From positions 28,794,263-28,848,151 of the forward strand of contig NC_068990.1 in the NCBI RefSeq assembly GCF_001194135.2: a stretch of DNA of 53,889 nucleotides, given 5' to 3'. The notes beneath the pieces are model-generated. The model was not told the origin of the DNA. It worked only from the letters and a program-made list of their open reading frames with translations, and searched no databases. The translations under genes and the position numbers were made by a program. The DNA is from Octopus bimaculoides (lineage: Eukaryota). Position 1 is the stretch's first letter. Each line of letters begins with the position of its first letter. Below are positions 38,091-51,310 of this stretch, one piece after another.

Positions 38091-38762
38091 GCAGTTCTAA
38101 TATAAAATCACATTCGTTCTAATTGCGCTGTGAATGACAGATTTGATGTTCATAATTGACGAAGTGAAAGGACGCAAAAATGCATGTGTCTTATAATCCA
38201 GTGATATCATTTACAGCCCAGTGTTTTGACACATATCGTCTGGGAGGAGAAATTTCCCTCAGAACTATTTCTGCCCCTGGAGGTCCACCCACATTTCAGT
38301 GTGCTCAAACATGAAAGATATGAAGTTAAACAATGCTTCTTTCTGGTGAACAAGACTGTACTGTATTCAGTTATTTTCTGCAACATCAACAGAGCAACAA
38401 AACCATTTACAGTTCTAATACAAGAACAAATTCATTCTTATTGTGCTGTGAACAACAGATGTGGTGTTCATCGTTGATGAAGCATAAGGACGCAGAAATT
38501 CATGTGTCTTATGATCCAATGACATTGCTTACAGCCCAGCATGTTTTGATACATGTCGTCTGGGAGGAGAAATTTCTCTCAGAACTATTTCTGCTGTTGA
38601 AGGTCTACCCACATTTCAGTGTGTTCAAACATAAATGTATTTAATTCATCAAACATGAAAGAGATGAAGTTAATACTTGAAAATAACATTAGAAACAAAA
38701 TTACGCTTTTCTCTGGTGAACCAGACTGTACTATACCCAGTTATTTTCTGCAATATCAACAG
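38091..38762 (+). repeat. Diverged tandem duplication, period about 318 bp
   Basis: Shared blocks include CGTCTGGGAGGAGAAATTTC and CCAC ATTTCAGTGTG-type runs (CCCACATTTCAGTGTG). Unit 2 carries an insertion of roughly 50 bp. Confidence 0.9.
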
Positions 38763-39042
38763 TGACAAAGCATAAAGACAAGGCTACTAGATACAGACTT
38801 CCCATTCAACTTACAACACGTTCAGAGCAGGTGTAAAGCATATGTTCTAGGCGTGCTTTATACCACCAAAATTGGTAAATTTTCTTTAAAATACTTTTGT
38901 TCTTGCAGTAGTATGATATAATCGAGTTGTAATTTGTTTTCATATCTAACAATTCACACTCTAAAACAATGATTAAGTCAGTTTAAAGTCGTATGATGTC
39001 TAGAAATAGCCTGGAGTTTGATGAGTTCGTTTTTGAGCAGTG

Positions 39043-39200
39043 CAAATGTGGCTCTGTGGTAAGAGGTTTACTTACCAACCACATTGTTTCTGGTTCAGTC
39101 CCACTGTGCGGCACCTTGGATGTCTTTTACTACGGCCCTAGGCCAACCAAAGCCTTGTGAGTGGATTTGGTAGATGGAAACTGAAAGAAGCTCATCATAT
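39043..39200 (+). mobile_element. SINE A head followed by a long (TA)n
   Basis: GGTTCAGTCCCACTGTGCGGCACC...GAAAGAAGC. Confidence 0.85.
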
Positions 39201-39285
39201 ATATCTATGTATATATATGTATGTATGTATGTATGTATATACATACATACATACATATATATATACATGCATATGTATATATATG

Positions 39286-39364
<79 letters not shown>

Positions 39365-39509
39365 CAAGTAGAAAAATAAATTTTATTCAATGCATAGATA
39401 CTGAACAGTATCGATATAAAGGATAAAATCCTTTTTTCTTTTTAAAAGCAGAAAAATTTGTCGGCAGCAAAGCAAAAGTCAAACATAAAATAATAATAAT
39501 AATGGTTTC

Positions 39510-39700
39510 ACATATTGGCACAAGGCCAGCAATTTCAGAGGAGCGACTAAGTCAGTTACATCAACCCCCAGTATTCAGCTGGTACTTACTTTACTCATCC
39601 CACCAAAAGTCGACCTTGGTGGAATTTAAATGACAGATGAAATTGCAACAAACATGTTGCTTGGCTTTCAAATGATTTTTGCCAGCTCACCACCTTAATA
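39510..39700 (-). mobile_element. SINE B copy, decayed
   Basis: AAAAGTCGACCTTGGTGGAATTT and GCCAGCTCACCACCTT on the plus strand. A similar decayed copy lies at 4190-4350. Confidence 0.7.
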
Positions 39701-40196
39701 GCTGTATATATATAATAATACTTATTCTTTCAGGGTTGCAATTTATTCAGTTTTTTTTTTTATCTGTTAATGATTTATGCTTTAAAAAGAAATAAAAAAT
39801 GAAGAAGAATTGAATGAGAACATTTGAAGATTCTGTGTTAATGAATTATATGGCTTTTGTTATTCAGTTCTTATGGATTATTGAAATCCATATTGCCACA
39901 TGTGTTAACATAATCAATAACAAGTAGAAACGATTTTATGCCTACCGTAACTTATATGACAGAATCAAAGATTTTACAATGGAATGCCATACATTGTTGT
40001 AGTTATTGCTATTGCTGTTGTTGCTGATGTTGTTGTTGTTGTTGTGGTTGTTATTGTTGTTGTGTGTTTTGTTTGACTCGGCAGCCATCAAACTGACAAA
40101 ATACCAGACCCAACCCTTTAACATAAGATATTATGAGAAAAATAAAATTTATTGCTTCTCAGTCCTGCTCTTTATTAATGAGCAGACAAAAAAAAA

Positions 40197-40360
40197 GCAG
40201 GCATGGCCGTGTGGTTAAGAAGCTTGTTTTGTAACCATATTGTTTCAGGTTCAGTCCTACTATGTGGCACCTTGGGTAAACTGTCTTCTACTATAACACC
40301 AGGCCAATTAAGGACTCGTGAGTGACTTTGGCTGACAGAAACTGTGTGGAAGTCCAGCAT
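40197..40360 (+). mobile_element. SINE A head
   Basis: GCATGGCCGTGTGGTTAAGAAGC...GGTTCAGTCC. Confidence 0.8.
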
Positions 40361-40365
40361 ATGTT

Positions 40366-40408
<43 letters not shown>

Positions 40409-40603
40409 TGGGGTGAGTGTGTGCGTGTGAGAGAGCGTGTGTGTGGGTGTGTGTGTAAGTGAGTGTGTTTGTGTGCACATATTTGTGTATGTATGTATGT
40501 ATGTATGTATGTATGAATGTATGTATGCATGTATGCATGTATTTATGTGTATGCGCATGTGTATGTGTTTGTGTGTGTGTGTGTGTGAACTAACATCAAT
40601 TAT

Positions 40604-40862
40604 GGAGGTGCAATGGCAAGGGCAGCGGACTTGCAGTCGGTGGATTGCGGTTTCGATTCCCAGACTGGGCGTTGTGCGTGTTTATTGAGCGAAAACACCT
40701 AAAGCTTCACGAGGCTCCAGCAGGGGGTGGTGGTGACCCCTGTTGTACTCTTTCGCCCCAACATCTCTCACTCTTTTTTTCCAGTTTCTTGAGTAACGCT
40801 GCGATGGACTGGCGTCCCATCCAGCTGGGAGGAACACATACGCCATAGAAACCGGGAAACCG
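40604..40862 (+). mobile_element. SINE with an E-type head and a different 3' module
   Basis: Matches family E to about 40775, then reads GCTGCGATGGACTGGCGTCCCATCCAG...CCATAGAAACCGGGAAACCG. Confidence 0.8.
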
Positions 40863-41118
40863 AGAATACTAGAAATGAATCCAACCGCACTCAAAAATTA
40901 AGTAAAAAAAACAGGAAAAACTATCCAGAATCCTTGTTCGGTACTGGATTGATCCCAAAATCTAATCAGTTTCTGCCAGTCACGAAGCGAAATATCCCTG
41001 AAAGTTTCATCCAGATCCATCCAGCGGTTCTTGAGATATCTTGTCCACAGACAAACAAACAAACAAACAAACATAACTAAAAACATTACCTCCACCTTCG
41101 CTAAGGCGGAGGTAATAA
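40862..41118 (-). mobile_element. 5' part of a second HINE-like copy
   Basis: Hairpin TACCTCCGCC-TTAGCGAA-GGTGGAGGTA, (GTTT)n, and a body colinear with 3794-4030. Confidence 0.65.
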
Positions 41119-42280
41119 TCAAAGAATTTTAATATGGATCACAAGGAAGAGAAAGACTATGCATAAAATAAATCTAGATTAGGACGTTTAGAATTTGACT
41201 GTCAACAACAGAACCAGGAAGTCGTAGTTTCAGAATAGAAATCAAAGAGAAGACACAGCTCAATAGAAGTATTGGTGAATGAAGAATTTGTCAATCAGGT
41301 AGATCTAGTTTTTTTGTTTTTTTTGTTTTTGTTTTTTTGTTTTTTTTTCCTCTCCTCCTAGGTTTTGATTAGACTATGTATAATGGAAATGCATTAAAAA
41401 TACAAACACTAGCAACAGGTTCAAACGAGAATTTCATGAATAATCGATTGGAAATAGTATTATCTATCAAAATTATCTCAATTTACTCTGATACTTCCAG
41501 AAGATTCTATATACAAGTGATATTCAAATTCAAAAATATTAATACTTGATTATAAATATTTCTGCTACCTTTTGTTAATTTTTCTTTATTTTCTTTTTTC
41601 ATTTTTATCCATTTTATTTATTTTATTCTCTTTTTTATCTTTTTTACTCAACTAAGATCACTATGATTTTCTTGTCTTAGATAGATTCAACGCTGATTGA
41701 CATTCATGAGACCAATAATATAGATTTGATTAAACAAATAATCAATTTATTGGCTGTCCTATTTATTTATTGATCTCCTGATGAGATCAAAATAGCATAT
41801 ATGTTTTTTTCTTTTATATTTTACCTTTATTTTATTCCATTTTATTACTTTATCCATTTTTTTTTTTTCGTCTCATGTCTCTAGTTGTTTGCAGCATCTC
41901 CTCTTGACCAAACTGCTTATAGAACTATGAAATAAAGATCTTCCATGAAAAAAAAAAAAAAAAAAAGAAGCTAGTCATTACATTAAAGAACATGCATGTT
42001 ATTTCTCACTTTGTATCCTCATTACAGACTGGCAGAAGATTTATGTTGACTTAATTAGAAGATACGCCAAAGATGTTACAAGTATTTACTCAAGTGAAAA
42101 TCACAAAAGCCATTTGCAAAAGACCTCTTCAGTTTTATGATTGGTTTAAATCAATTCATAACAACAAGAGCTTAACCTCAAATATACATGTATATGTGCA
42201 TGTACATGCATGTGTATGCACGTACATGTGTGCGCACGTGTGTGTGTGTGTGTGTGTATGTGTGTGTGTGTGTGTTTGTG

Positions 42281-42480
42281 TGAGGTGGTATCGAAAAGTT
42301 TTTGGACTAGTTCTGTAGCGCACCAACAGATGGCAGCACACAGTTGCATGCACAGTGTGAGCTAGCAGTGACCTTCATGAAGCAGTGTACTGAGTGACAT
42401 TGCTGTGTTTACTGAGCAAGTTGTGAAATTTGTGCTTTTGTGGTCACATCTATACAGCAGTCTGCAATTTTGCATTGGAT
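42281..42480 (+). mobile_element. Probable mariner 5' end fragment
   Basis: GAGGTGGTATCGAAAAGTT start resembles TACGAGG-type mariner TIRs; no ORF. Confidence 0.55.
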
Positions 42481-42564
42481 TTTCTCTTTATTATGATAAA
42501 AATATCAAACATAGAAAGGACAGCACAGGACACTACAAACATTTAGAGAAATGAATTTAGAGAT

Positions 42565-42574
42565 AGATGGATAA

Positions 42575-42642
<68 letters not shown>

Positions 42643-42699
42643 ATAGATAGGTAGATAGGTAGATAGATAGATAGATAGATAGATTGATAGGTAGGTAGG

Positions 42700-42734
<35 letters not shown>

Positions 42735-42743
42735 GTAGATAGG

Positions 42744-42782
<39 letters not shown>

Positions 42783-42850
42783 GTAGGTAGATAGATAGAT
42801 AGATAAATGAATAGATAAGAAGTCGGTTAGATCGATGGATAGATAGATAG
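42565..42850. repeat. (GATA)n/(GGTA)n tetranucleotide array
   Basis: Direct reading. Confidence 0.98.
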
Positions 42851-43535
42851 AGATGTAAATATATATTTACATGTTTGTATATGCATGTACATATGTGTGT
42901 GTGCTCGTGTGGGGGGGGGGCACCCTCGTTTTGATGTCATGTGATGGCGATGATGATGATGATGACAATGATGATGATGGCGATGACACTGACTCCTATT
43001 TCAGTGCGTGGTGAAGCAATTAGCTGACACCTGATTACAATTATGTGTATAATTATAAAATATTTATATATACATCCACACAAAAAAACATAACATTCAC
43101 CAAAAAAACAAAACAAAATGAATGTAAGTTCTATACCAATCAAAGGGCAACAACTCAAAACCACACTTGGACTTATAGAACACCTCAACTTTGCTTTTCT
43201 TTTAGACAGAAAGAATTTTAGTAAAACTTACTTCTTATTCAACTTCAGCAATTACTGTAACCAATCTATCAAAGTTCCAATACGTCCGGAACGTTCCTTC
43301 TTCCAAAAATATCAATCATACAACAAATCAAAGAGACCCACTCTAATCATATGCAAATTTAGGCAAAATGTACTTCATTTTTATTCCTTGAGTATTTTCA
43401 GCTTTTGGACTGTGGCCAGTCTTTAGTCTGATGTATGTTTTAATTGATGCCTATTTATCAAATGGACAAGTCAACCTTGGCAGCATAATTCAATGTCAAA
43501 GAGCACGAGATATTTCTGATTTACACTGTCGGTAT

Positions 43536-43571
<36 letters not shown>

Positions 43572-43794
43572 CATCACCATCGCCACCACCACCACTACCA
43601 CCTTCATCATCATTATCAGCATTATCACCATCATCATCATCATCATCATCATCAACATCATCAACATCATCACCACCACCACCACCATCATCATCATCAC
43701 CATCACCACCATCACCACCACCATCACCACAACCATCACCATCACCACCACAGCCATCTTCTTCTTCCTCCTCCTCCTCCTCCTCCTCATCATC

Positions 43795-43854
<60 letters not shown>

Positions 43855-44019
43855 TTCATTTATGCATGACTTCTGGTGGTTTGCTGTGCTTGAGAAGCTA
43901 CGCCAAGCTAAGTAAAGTCGTGGTTGTCCCATGCATGCAGGCATGTCCTCTACATCCTTCTCTCAGTTGAGAGAGACTAGTCTTGTGGGATCGTGGGTGC
44001 TGGTGCCATGTTAAAACGC

Positions 44020-44240
44020 CCGTGCCAGTGCCCAGTGCACTCTGTAAAGTGGTCGGCATTAGAAAGGGCATCCAGCCACAGAAACCACGACAAAGCAGAC
44101 AGATGGAGCCCGGGTAGCTCTCCAGCTGGCCAACTTCTGTCAAACCATCCGACTCATGTCAGCATGGAGAGCAGACGTTAAAAGATGATGATGATGATGA
44201 TGATGATGACGATGATGACGATGACGATGATGATGATGAC
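44020..44240 (+). mobile_element. Family D copy, diverged
   Basis: AGAAAGGGCATCCAGCC...GACGTTAAAAGATGATG. Confidence 0.75.
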
Positions 44241-45209
44241 GACGACGATGACAGCAACGATGACAACAACAACGACAACAATGATAAGAATGATGACAAT
44301 GATGTATGTATGTATGTATGTATGTATGTATGTATGTATGTATGTGTGCATGTGTGTAGGTATGTATGCATGCATGTATGTCATCGTTCAGTTTTATTTC
44401 AAGATTTCTTGCCAATAGAGAAAGAAGCTGGTTCCTCATCCAAGGCTCCGTCATTGGAATCGCAACATCAACAACAGAGTTTTTGTCTGTATTGAAAAAC
44501 AAAGGAATATTTAAAACACACACTTGTATGTATATATGTATATATGTTATGTGTATATATGTATATATGTTATATGTATATATGTTATATGTATATATGT
44601 TATGTATATATGTATGTGTATATGCATGCATGTATATATGTATGTAAGTATGTTTGTATGTATGTATCTCTGTATGTATCTCTGTATGTATGTTGTGTAT
44701 GCATGTATGTATACATGTATGTATTCATGTATTTATGTGTGTATACATATACACAGGTGTATATCAGAAAATTAGAATATTATGGAAAATATTTGTTGTT
44801 TGTTAAGTCAGAATGTCGAAATTTCAGCCGTGTTAGGCTTAATAAATCTAAACTGATTTATTCCCAGCATTTTGTTGATACAAACTGACATTTATGATTC
44901 TCATGCAGAAATTATTAAAAAACTAATATTTCAAAGTATTAGAATGTAATATGTAAACATCCAAAACACATCTTGACAACAGAGTAAGTTGGACAAACTT
45001 TGGAACAGTAGGTACTGAAAATTTAACAAGTTCTTAACCGAAACTCTGTTGGCTTCAGTGATTGTCTGAATATGTTGCAGCATAGAGGGAACTAGTCTTT
45101 ATCACTGCTCTGGTGAGATTAAAAACTCAGTTTCTCTTTATAGCAATCTTTAGACCTATCTGATTACAGGAACTTATGTTAATCATTTTGATTTTAACTA
45201 TACTACCTT

Positions 45210-45665
45210 CCTGTGGCTGTGTGTTGTGTTCTTGAGCAAGACACTTTATTTCACATTCCTTCAGTTCACTCAGCTGTAGAAATGAGTTGCGATGTCACTG
45301 GTGCCAAGCTGTATTGGCCTTTGCCTTTCTTTTGGATAACATCAATAGCGNNNNNNNNNNNNNNNNNNNNNNNNNNNNNNNNNNNNNNNNNNNNNNNNNN
45401 NNNNNNNNNNNNNNNNNNNNNNNNNNNNNNNNNNNNNNNNNNNNNNNNNNNNNNNNNNNNNNNNNNNNNNNNNNNNNNNNNNNNNNNNNNNNNNNNNNNN
45501 ACACTTTATTTCACATTCCTTCAGTTCACTCAGCTGTAGAAATGAGTTGCGATGTCACTGGTGCCAAGCTGTATTGGCCTTTGCCTTTCTTTTGGATAAC
45601 ATCAATAGCGTGGAGAGAGAAGGCTGGTATGCATGAGTGACTGCTGGTCTTCCATAAAAACAACC
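45210..45665 (+). mobile_element. SINE-like family G, split by a gap with duplicated contig ends
   Basis: GTGTTCTTGAGCAAGACACTTT...CACTCAGCTGTAGAAATGAGT. Its 3' part matches 23235-23290. Confidence 0.65.
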
Positions 45666-46305
45666 TCAACCATCAGAGTGCAAAGCACTCCCCATGAACG
45701 CAGGTTTGTGAGACGGTTGTGATGTGTAAACAGAAAGAAATGTATGGAAAAGTCAGATTCTGCTGAGACAGAAATTCTACTTCATCAAAAGATATTCTTT
45801 TTAAATGAATAAATATATACTTAGGTGTGGCTGTGTGGTAAGTGTCTTGTGTAACTGACCACAGAGCAACATGAGACTAAAATTTTGTCTCAAGAACACC
45901 ATACACTACCCAAACCAAGAAAAGAAACCCCAACTACATAACCGTGAGTGCAACACCCTAACCTTTAAACCATGTTGTCTCACACCAGAATTCACACATT
46001 TGCATGTATTCTTAGGTGTATTTGTACTGTAAATCTCCACAGTTAATAAATCTAGAAAATAGTGAGCTGGTTCACAGTCTAACAGTCTAATATGAAGCAT
46101 TTACTGTCACAGCTATTGTTATTTTATGCTTCAAATTAATAACTTTTAGAATATTCATCGTCTTTTTCTTAAGATTCTAATTTTATGAGATGCACTTGTG
46201 CATTAATTTTGAACCTGTGTACACACATACATATATACTGTACATATACAGTATGTGTGTGTGTGTGCATGCATGTACATATGCATATATGTATGTACGT
46301 ATATA

Positions 46306-46341
<36 letters not shown>

Positions 46342-46352
46342 CACACACACAC

Positions 46353-46387
<35 letters not shown>

Positions 46388-46992
46388 TATTGAACATATA
46401 CATGTGTATGTGTATATGTGTGTGCATGTGTATATGCATAATTTATACGAGCATGTACATATGCATCTATCTATGTGTGTGTGTATATATATATATTTAT
46501 ACATATATGCATGTAAGTATGAAGGTGTATATTCCGAACTAGTCTGCATGTGTGATCTTTATATCTTTCAGTCTGTGTGTATGTATGCATGCATGTNNNN
46601 NNNNNNNNNNNNNNNNNNNNNNNNNNNNNNNNNNNNNNNNNNNNNNNNNNNNNNNNNNNNNNNNNNNNNNNNNNNNNNNNNNNNNNNNNNNNNNNNNNNN
46701 NNNNNNNNNNNNNNNNNNNNNNNNNNNNNNNNNNNNNNNNNNNNNNNNNNNNNNNNNNNNNNNNNNNNNNNNNNNNNNNNNNNNNNNNNNNNNNNNNNNN
46801 NNNNNNNNNNNTAATTAAATTCTCAATCTATGTTATTATCATTGCTTCTATCACGGAGTATTGAAATATGTTTGTAATCAAAGAACACCTTCAAAGTCAT
46901 TCAGAAAAATACATTAAAATCAACATTTAACATTCAATTAAATATAACAAAATAATGGATTTGATGATTTAGATTTTTTGCAATTCTTTCAG

Positions 46993-47066
46993 ATCTTGTA
47001 ACAAATAATGGCTGGTCAGTAGTGTCTATGGAATTTACAGTTCCACAACCACCATTTTTCATTTAA
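46993..47066 (+). CDS. Candidate short terminal exon
   Basis: Acceptor TTTTTGCAATTCTTTCAG, then (D)LVTNNGWSVVSMEFTVPQPPFFI-stop. Confidence 0.22.
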
Positions 47067-47647
47067 TCTGGAATTTTAATTATTTTTTCCACTCCCCCAC
47101 CTAACTCTTTCCCCCCCCCCACTCTCTTTTTCTATCTGTCTCTCTTATTGAATTTGTTTCAAATTGATCGAGATTCAATACTTTTGTAATACTTTTTGAG
47201 AGAAATGCTTTTTGAGAGAGAGATAGGTCATTCCAGTTGAGGAATTTCACTGGTTTTAACAAAAAAAAAAAAGAAATTTTAAAAAAAAGGAAAGAAAACA
47301 AGAAAATTTCCTATTATGCTATTACAGGAATCCATCACAAGTTTTGACAGTCTAAGAAGATAATTTATAATTGCAATTTCAAGACAAAAACAGGATTCAA
47401 TTTACCATTATTACACTGATCTTTGACTGAATCATCTTACTTGAGATTCAATTGAGATAACTTACCATAGAAGGTATTATTTATTGGGGTTGAGCTGTAA
47501 CTAATCTTTGAGCTTATTAAAACCTGATGAATATACCTAATATCCTTGTGGATCCTTTTGATACCAAGTCACCAGGAGCTATCCCTGGTTCTATAATGCA
47601 AATTCCCTTTTTTGAAGTGATTCAAATTAAAACCTTTCCCTAATATT

Positions 47648-47810
47648 TCAGGCATGGCCGTGTGGTAAGAAGCTTGTTTCGCAACCACATGGTTCCAGGT
47701 TCAGTCCCATTGTGTGGTACCTTGGGCAAGTGTCTTGTACTATAGCCCCAGGCTGACCAAAGCCTTGTGAATAAATTTGATAAATAGAAACTGTAAAAAG
47801 CCCATCATGT
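47648..47810 (+). mobile_element. SINE A head
   Basis: GGCATGGCCGTGTGGTAAGAAGC...CCTTGGGCAAGTGTCTT. Confidence 0.85.
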
Positions 47811-47841
47811 GTGTGTGTGTGTGTGTGTGTGTTGTGTTGTG

Positions 47842-47908
<67 letters not shown>

Positions 47909-47989
47909 TGTGTGTGTATATTGTGTGTGTATATATATATTGTGTGTGTGTATGAAATACCGCTAAGCATTTCACCCGGCATGCTAATG

Positions 47990-48240
47990 TTTCTTATTTC
48001 TTATTTCTTTATTGCCCACAAGGGTCTAAACATAGAGGGGGAACAAACAAGGACAGACAAAGGGATTAAGTCGATTACATCAACCTCAATGCGAAACTGG
48101 TACTTATTTAATCGATCCCGAAAGGATGAAAGACAAAGTCAATCTCGGCAGAATTTGAACACAGAACGTAAAGGCAGACGAAATACCGCTAAACATTTCG
48201 CCCGGCGTGCTAACATTTCTGCCAGTCCACTGCCTTTCAC
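47990..48240 (-). mobile_element. SINE B' copy
   Basis: CTTATTTCTTTATTGCCCACAAGG...GCCAGTCCACTGCCTT. Confidence 0.9.
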
Positions 48241-48449
48241 AGCTGAAATATTAGGGGTCATTATATGAAACAATTTTTACAAGGATATCATTTCAAGAAT
48301 ATCATGTCAAGGATATCAGTTAGAGATTATGGTAACACACTGGGAGTTATTAAATCTATATATCACATAGTAATCATTATTGCGGTTGGTCCACAATCAT
48401 GATAAAGTCCTTGATGTTTCAGTATAATAGATGAGATACAACCACTTAC

Positions 48450-48514
48450 CATGGATACGAAGGAAATTTAATATGACCATAAAGGTTCTTTGGGGTCCTA
48501 TCTAATTCAGACAT
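48450..48514 (-). CDS. Candidate internal exon
   Basis: CTTCAG acceptor and ATG|GTAAGT donor; one open frame, MSELDRTPKNLYGHIKFPSYP. Confidence 0.25.
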
Positions 48515-48949
48515 CTGAAGCTTATTTCACAATTGAACACTAGATTTGTAATATCAGACATAAGCCAGGTCAGAATATAATATAACACGCAAGCCATAGG
48601 ATCCTCTCAACACAAATGTTCATCTGTAAAGCAATGCATATAATGTCTCCTTTCTAAGATCAGTGGAAATAACAATTCTTAGACCATTCATTATGAGACG
48701 ATTTACATACAGCAAACAGTTTATTACAGAATTTTCTTGTTCTCCTGTATAAGATTTAAGCAAACCTAAAGTAATTCAGATCTTCTTCCCACAATGACTT
48801 TTAGTTGGATTCTGGACTGCATTTCTGAGTGAATGATGGCTTGAATCTTATTCAATAATTATTGATCTTCGTATTTTCATGCTCCAAATGCAATTGTGCA
48901 AATTGTGCCTTAAACAATCAAGCTACAGTGTTGGGGAAAATGTTTCATC

Positions 48950-49150
48950 TTTCATCTTTCACTTGTTTCAGTCATTGGACTGTGGCCATGCTGGAGTACT
49001 GCCCAGAAGGGTTTAGTCAAACAAACCAATCTCGGGACTGCTTTGCTTTTTTTTTGTTTTGTTTTTTTCTTGCTGAACCACTAAGTTGTGAGGATGTAAA
49101 CAAACCAGCATATGTGTCAAGCAGCAGTGGAGACAAACACAAATACACAC
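48950..49150 (-). mobile_element. SINE A 3' half
   Basis: ACTTGTTTCAGTCATTGGACTGTGGCCATGCTGGAG on the plus strand. Another short 3' fragment lies at 49965-50057. Confidence 0.8.
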
Positions 49151-49234
49151 ATACATACATATATATTCATACACTAGCGTAGCTGAGGGGGTCGGTAGGG
49201 CTAGGGTCCGCTCTTTATGCTTGATTATACTTTA

Positions 49235-49575
49235 GTTTCTTCTTCTTCTTCTTACTTCTCCTCCAGCTCCTACACTTGTTCTCCTAACCTCCTCTTCCTA
49301 ACCTCCTCCTCCTCCTCCTAACCTCCTCCTCCTAACCTCCTCCTCTTAACCTCCTCCTCCTAACCTCCCCCTCACCTCCTCTTCCTTCAAACCTCCTCCT
49401 CTCCTCCTCTTTCTTCTTCTTCTGACCTTCTACTTTTCTCCTCTTCCTTCTCCTAACATTCTTCTCTTCCTACTCCTAGCCTCGTCCCTTTCTTTTTCTT
49501 CTCTTCCTCCTACTCCTAGCTTTCTTCTTCGTCTCCTCCTTCTTCCTTTCTTCTTCTTCCTCTTCCTTCTTACTA
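49235..49575. repeat. Polypyrimidine (CCT/CTT) tract with CCTAACCTCCTC units
   Basis: Direct reading. Confidence 0.95.
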
Positions 49576-50057
49576 TTTTCCAAGCATTAAAACTGTTATA
49601 AGTAAATTTTTATAAACATTTGGTCTGAACTAAGATAAATATTTATAAATTCATAAATAGCAGGTTGTGATCATAATACAATTGGTTCAATACAATCTGC
49701 TCTTTATATTATTAATGTAGTGCTCCAGCCTGACCATGACTACTAAAATAGTTAGCTTAGTACCAATACTAATAAAACAGTCTAAGAAAAAAATTGTAGT
49801 TTATATATATCAGGGATTACATTATTCAATGTATCCTTCTATATGGAGACTGGTTGAGTATGACTTGAGATGGGATTTAGTGGATATTTCTAGCAGGTCC
49901 AATGACCATGTCAAGGCCTCCATTGTTGGTTCACGATGATGTTGAGACTTATCTTTTATTCTTTCATTCTTTGGCTTGTTTCAGTCATTTGACTGCGACC
50001 TTGCTGGAGCACCGCCTTAAGAGTTTTAGTTGAACAAATCAACCCCAGGACTTATCA

Positions 50058-50290
50058 TTCTTATTTCTTTATTGCCCACAAGGGGCTAAACATAGAGGGG
50101 ACAAACAAGGACAGACAAAGGGACTAAGTCGATAACATCGACTCCAGTGCGTAACTAGTACTTGATTTATCGACCCCAAAAGGATGAAAGGCAAAGTCGA
50201 CCTCGGCGGAATTTGAACTCAGAACGAAAAGGCAGACGAAATACCGCAAACATTTCGCCCGGAGTGCTAACGATTCTACCAGCTCGCTGT
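50058..50290 (-). mobile_element. SINE B' copy, CpG-rich and probably young
   Basis: Close match to 47990-48240 with many CpGs retained. Confidence 0.9.
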
Positions 50291-50506
50291 CGCCCTCTTG
50301 CGTGTTTTAATTATTTGAAATAGAAACAAAATTCATTGTTAAATAAAGAGTTGCCTCCCCTTGCTGTTTTTCTTTTTTTTTTTTTTTTCGGGTAAATTTA
50401 AGCAGATAATGATTGATCCAACGTTTATTCCTTTTCGGTAGAAAGAAGGAAATGCTTGATTGATTAAATTGTTCTTGCTTTCCGAAATAAGTGCGTTGCT
50501 ACTTAC

Positions 50507-50564
50507 ATTACTACTGTTTTTGATATCAGAGGCACACCGGAATTCGTTGAAATCGAATTTTCCT
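50507..50564 (-). CDS. Candidate internal exon
   Basis: Long pyrimidine tract plus CAG, and an AAT|GTAAGT donor. GKFDFNEFRCASDIKNSSN is phase-compatible with 48450-48514. Confidence 0.22.
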
Positions 50565-50932
50565 CTGACTTATGGAAGCATGGAAAGAAAGAAAGAAACA
50601 TTTACCAAAAGCAAAAACTTCTTTTTCCATTCTCATTTTGTATTTATTTTCTAATCGGGAAATTCAGTGAAAACTTTCCTTTCTATTCAAAGTCATTCAT
50701 CTAAAGACTTCATAAATCATAACAATTCCAAAATAAATAAATTCTACATTAATCCTTGTAAAAATTTTTATTTTGCAAGGATTAATGTAGAATTTATTTA
50801 TTTTGGAGTCCTCTTTCTAATCTTCTTTATTTTTTTTTCCAATAATATTCAGTTTCGATTTTGGCTGTCTTAAAAGTCTTTTTTTTTTAATTATTTATTA
50901 ATATATTTTTTGTTTGTCCTTTTGGGGGTGAT

Positions 50933-51310
50933 ATGAGCTGGCACAAGCTTTAGTTCGGCAGACAAAACACTTAGTGACATTTAGACCATCTTTACGTTCT
51001 GAGTTCAAATTCCACCGAGATCGACTTTGCTTTCAGTTTTTAGGAGTGTATAAAATAAGTACTAACCCCTTCCCCAAAAAATTCAGGACTTGAACTTATA
51101 CTAGAAAGAATTAAGGATGCCAAACTCCCTCAAAATTTCAAACCTTGTACCTAGAGTAGAAACGATCATTATACCACCGAAGTCGACTTCGCATTTCATC
51201 TTTTCGGGATCGATAAAATAAATGCCAGTTGAGTACTGGAGTCGATGTAATTAACTTTCCAGCCCACTCCACCGCTGAAATTGCTGGCTTTATGCCAAAA
51301 TTTGAAACCA
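50933..51310 (+). mobile_element. Cluster of SINE B fragments
   Basis: One decayed copy, a repeated tail at about 51120-51170, and a 5'-truncated core at 51172-51310. Confidence 0.75.

Noticed and set aside
41360-41545. 57-codon ATG ORF after a strong acceptor, and open frames at 43206-43426
   Set aside because: Very AT-rich, no recognisable motif, and phases do not join with neighbouring candidates.
45241-45610. Exact 110-bp direct repeat flanking a 150-N gap
   Set aside because: Identical sequence on both sides of a gap indicates unmerged contig overlap.
48450-48514. TRPM N-terminal similarity of NLYGHIKF
   Set aside because: Too short, and the expected following KYIR motif was not found.
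49290-49375. Interstitial telomeric repeat
   Set aside because: CCTAA units are embedded in CCT runs, not tandem CCCTAA.
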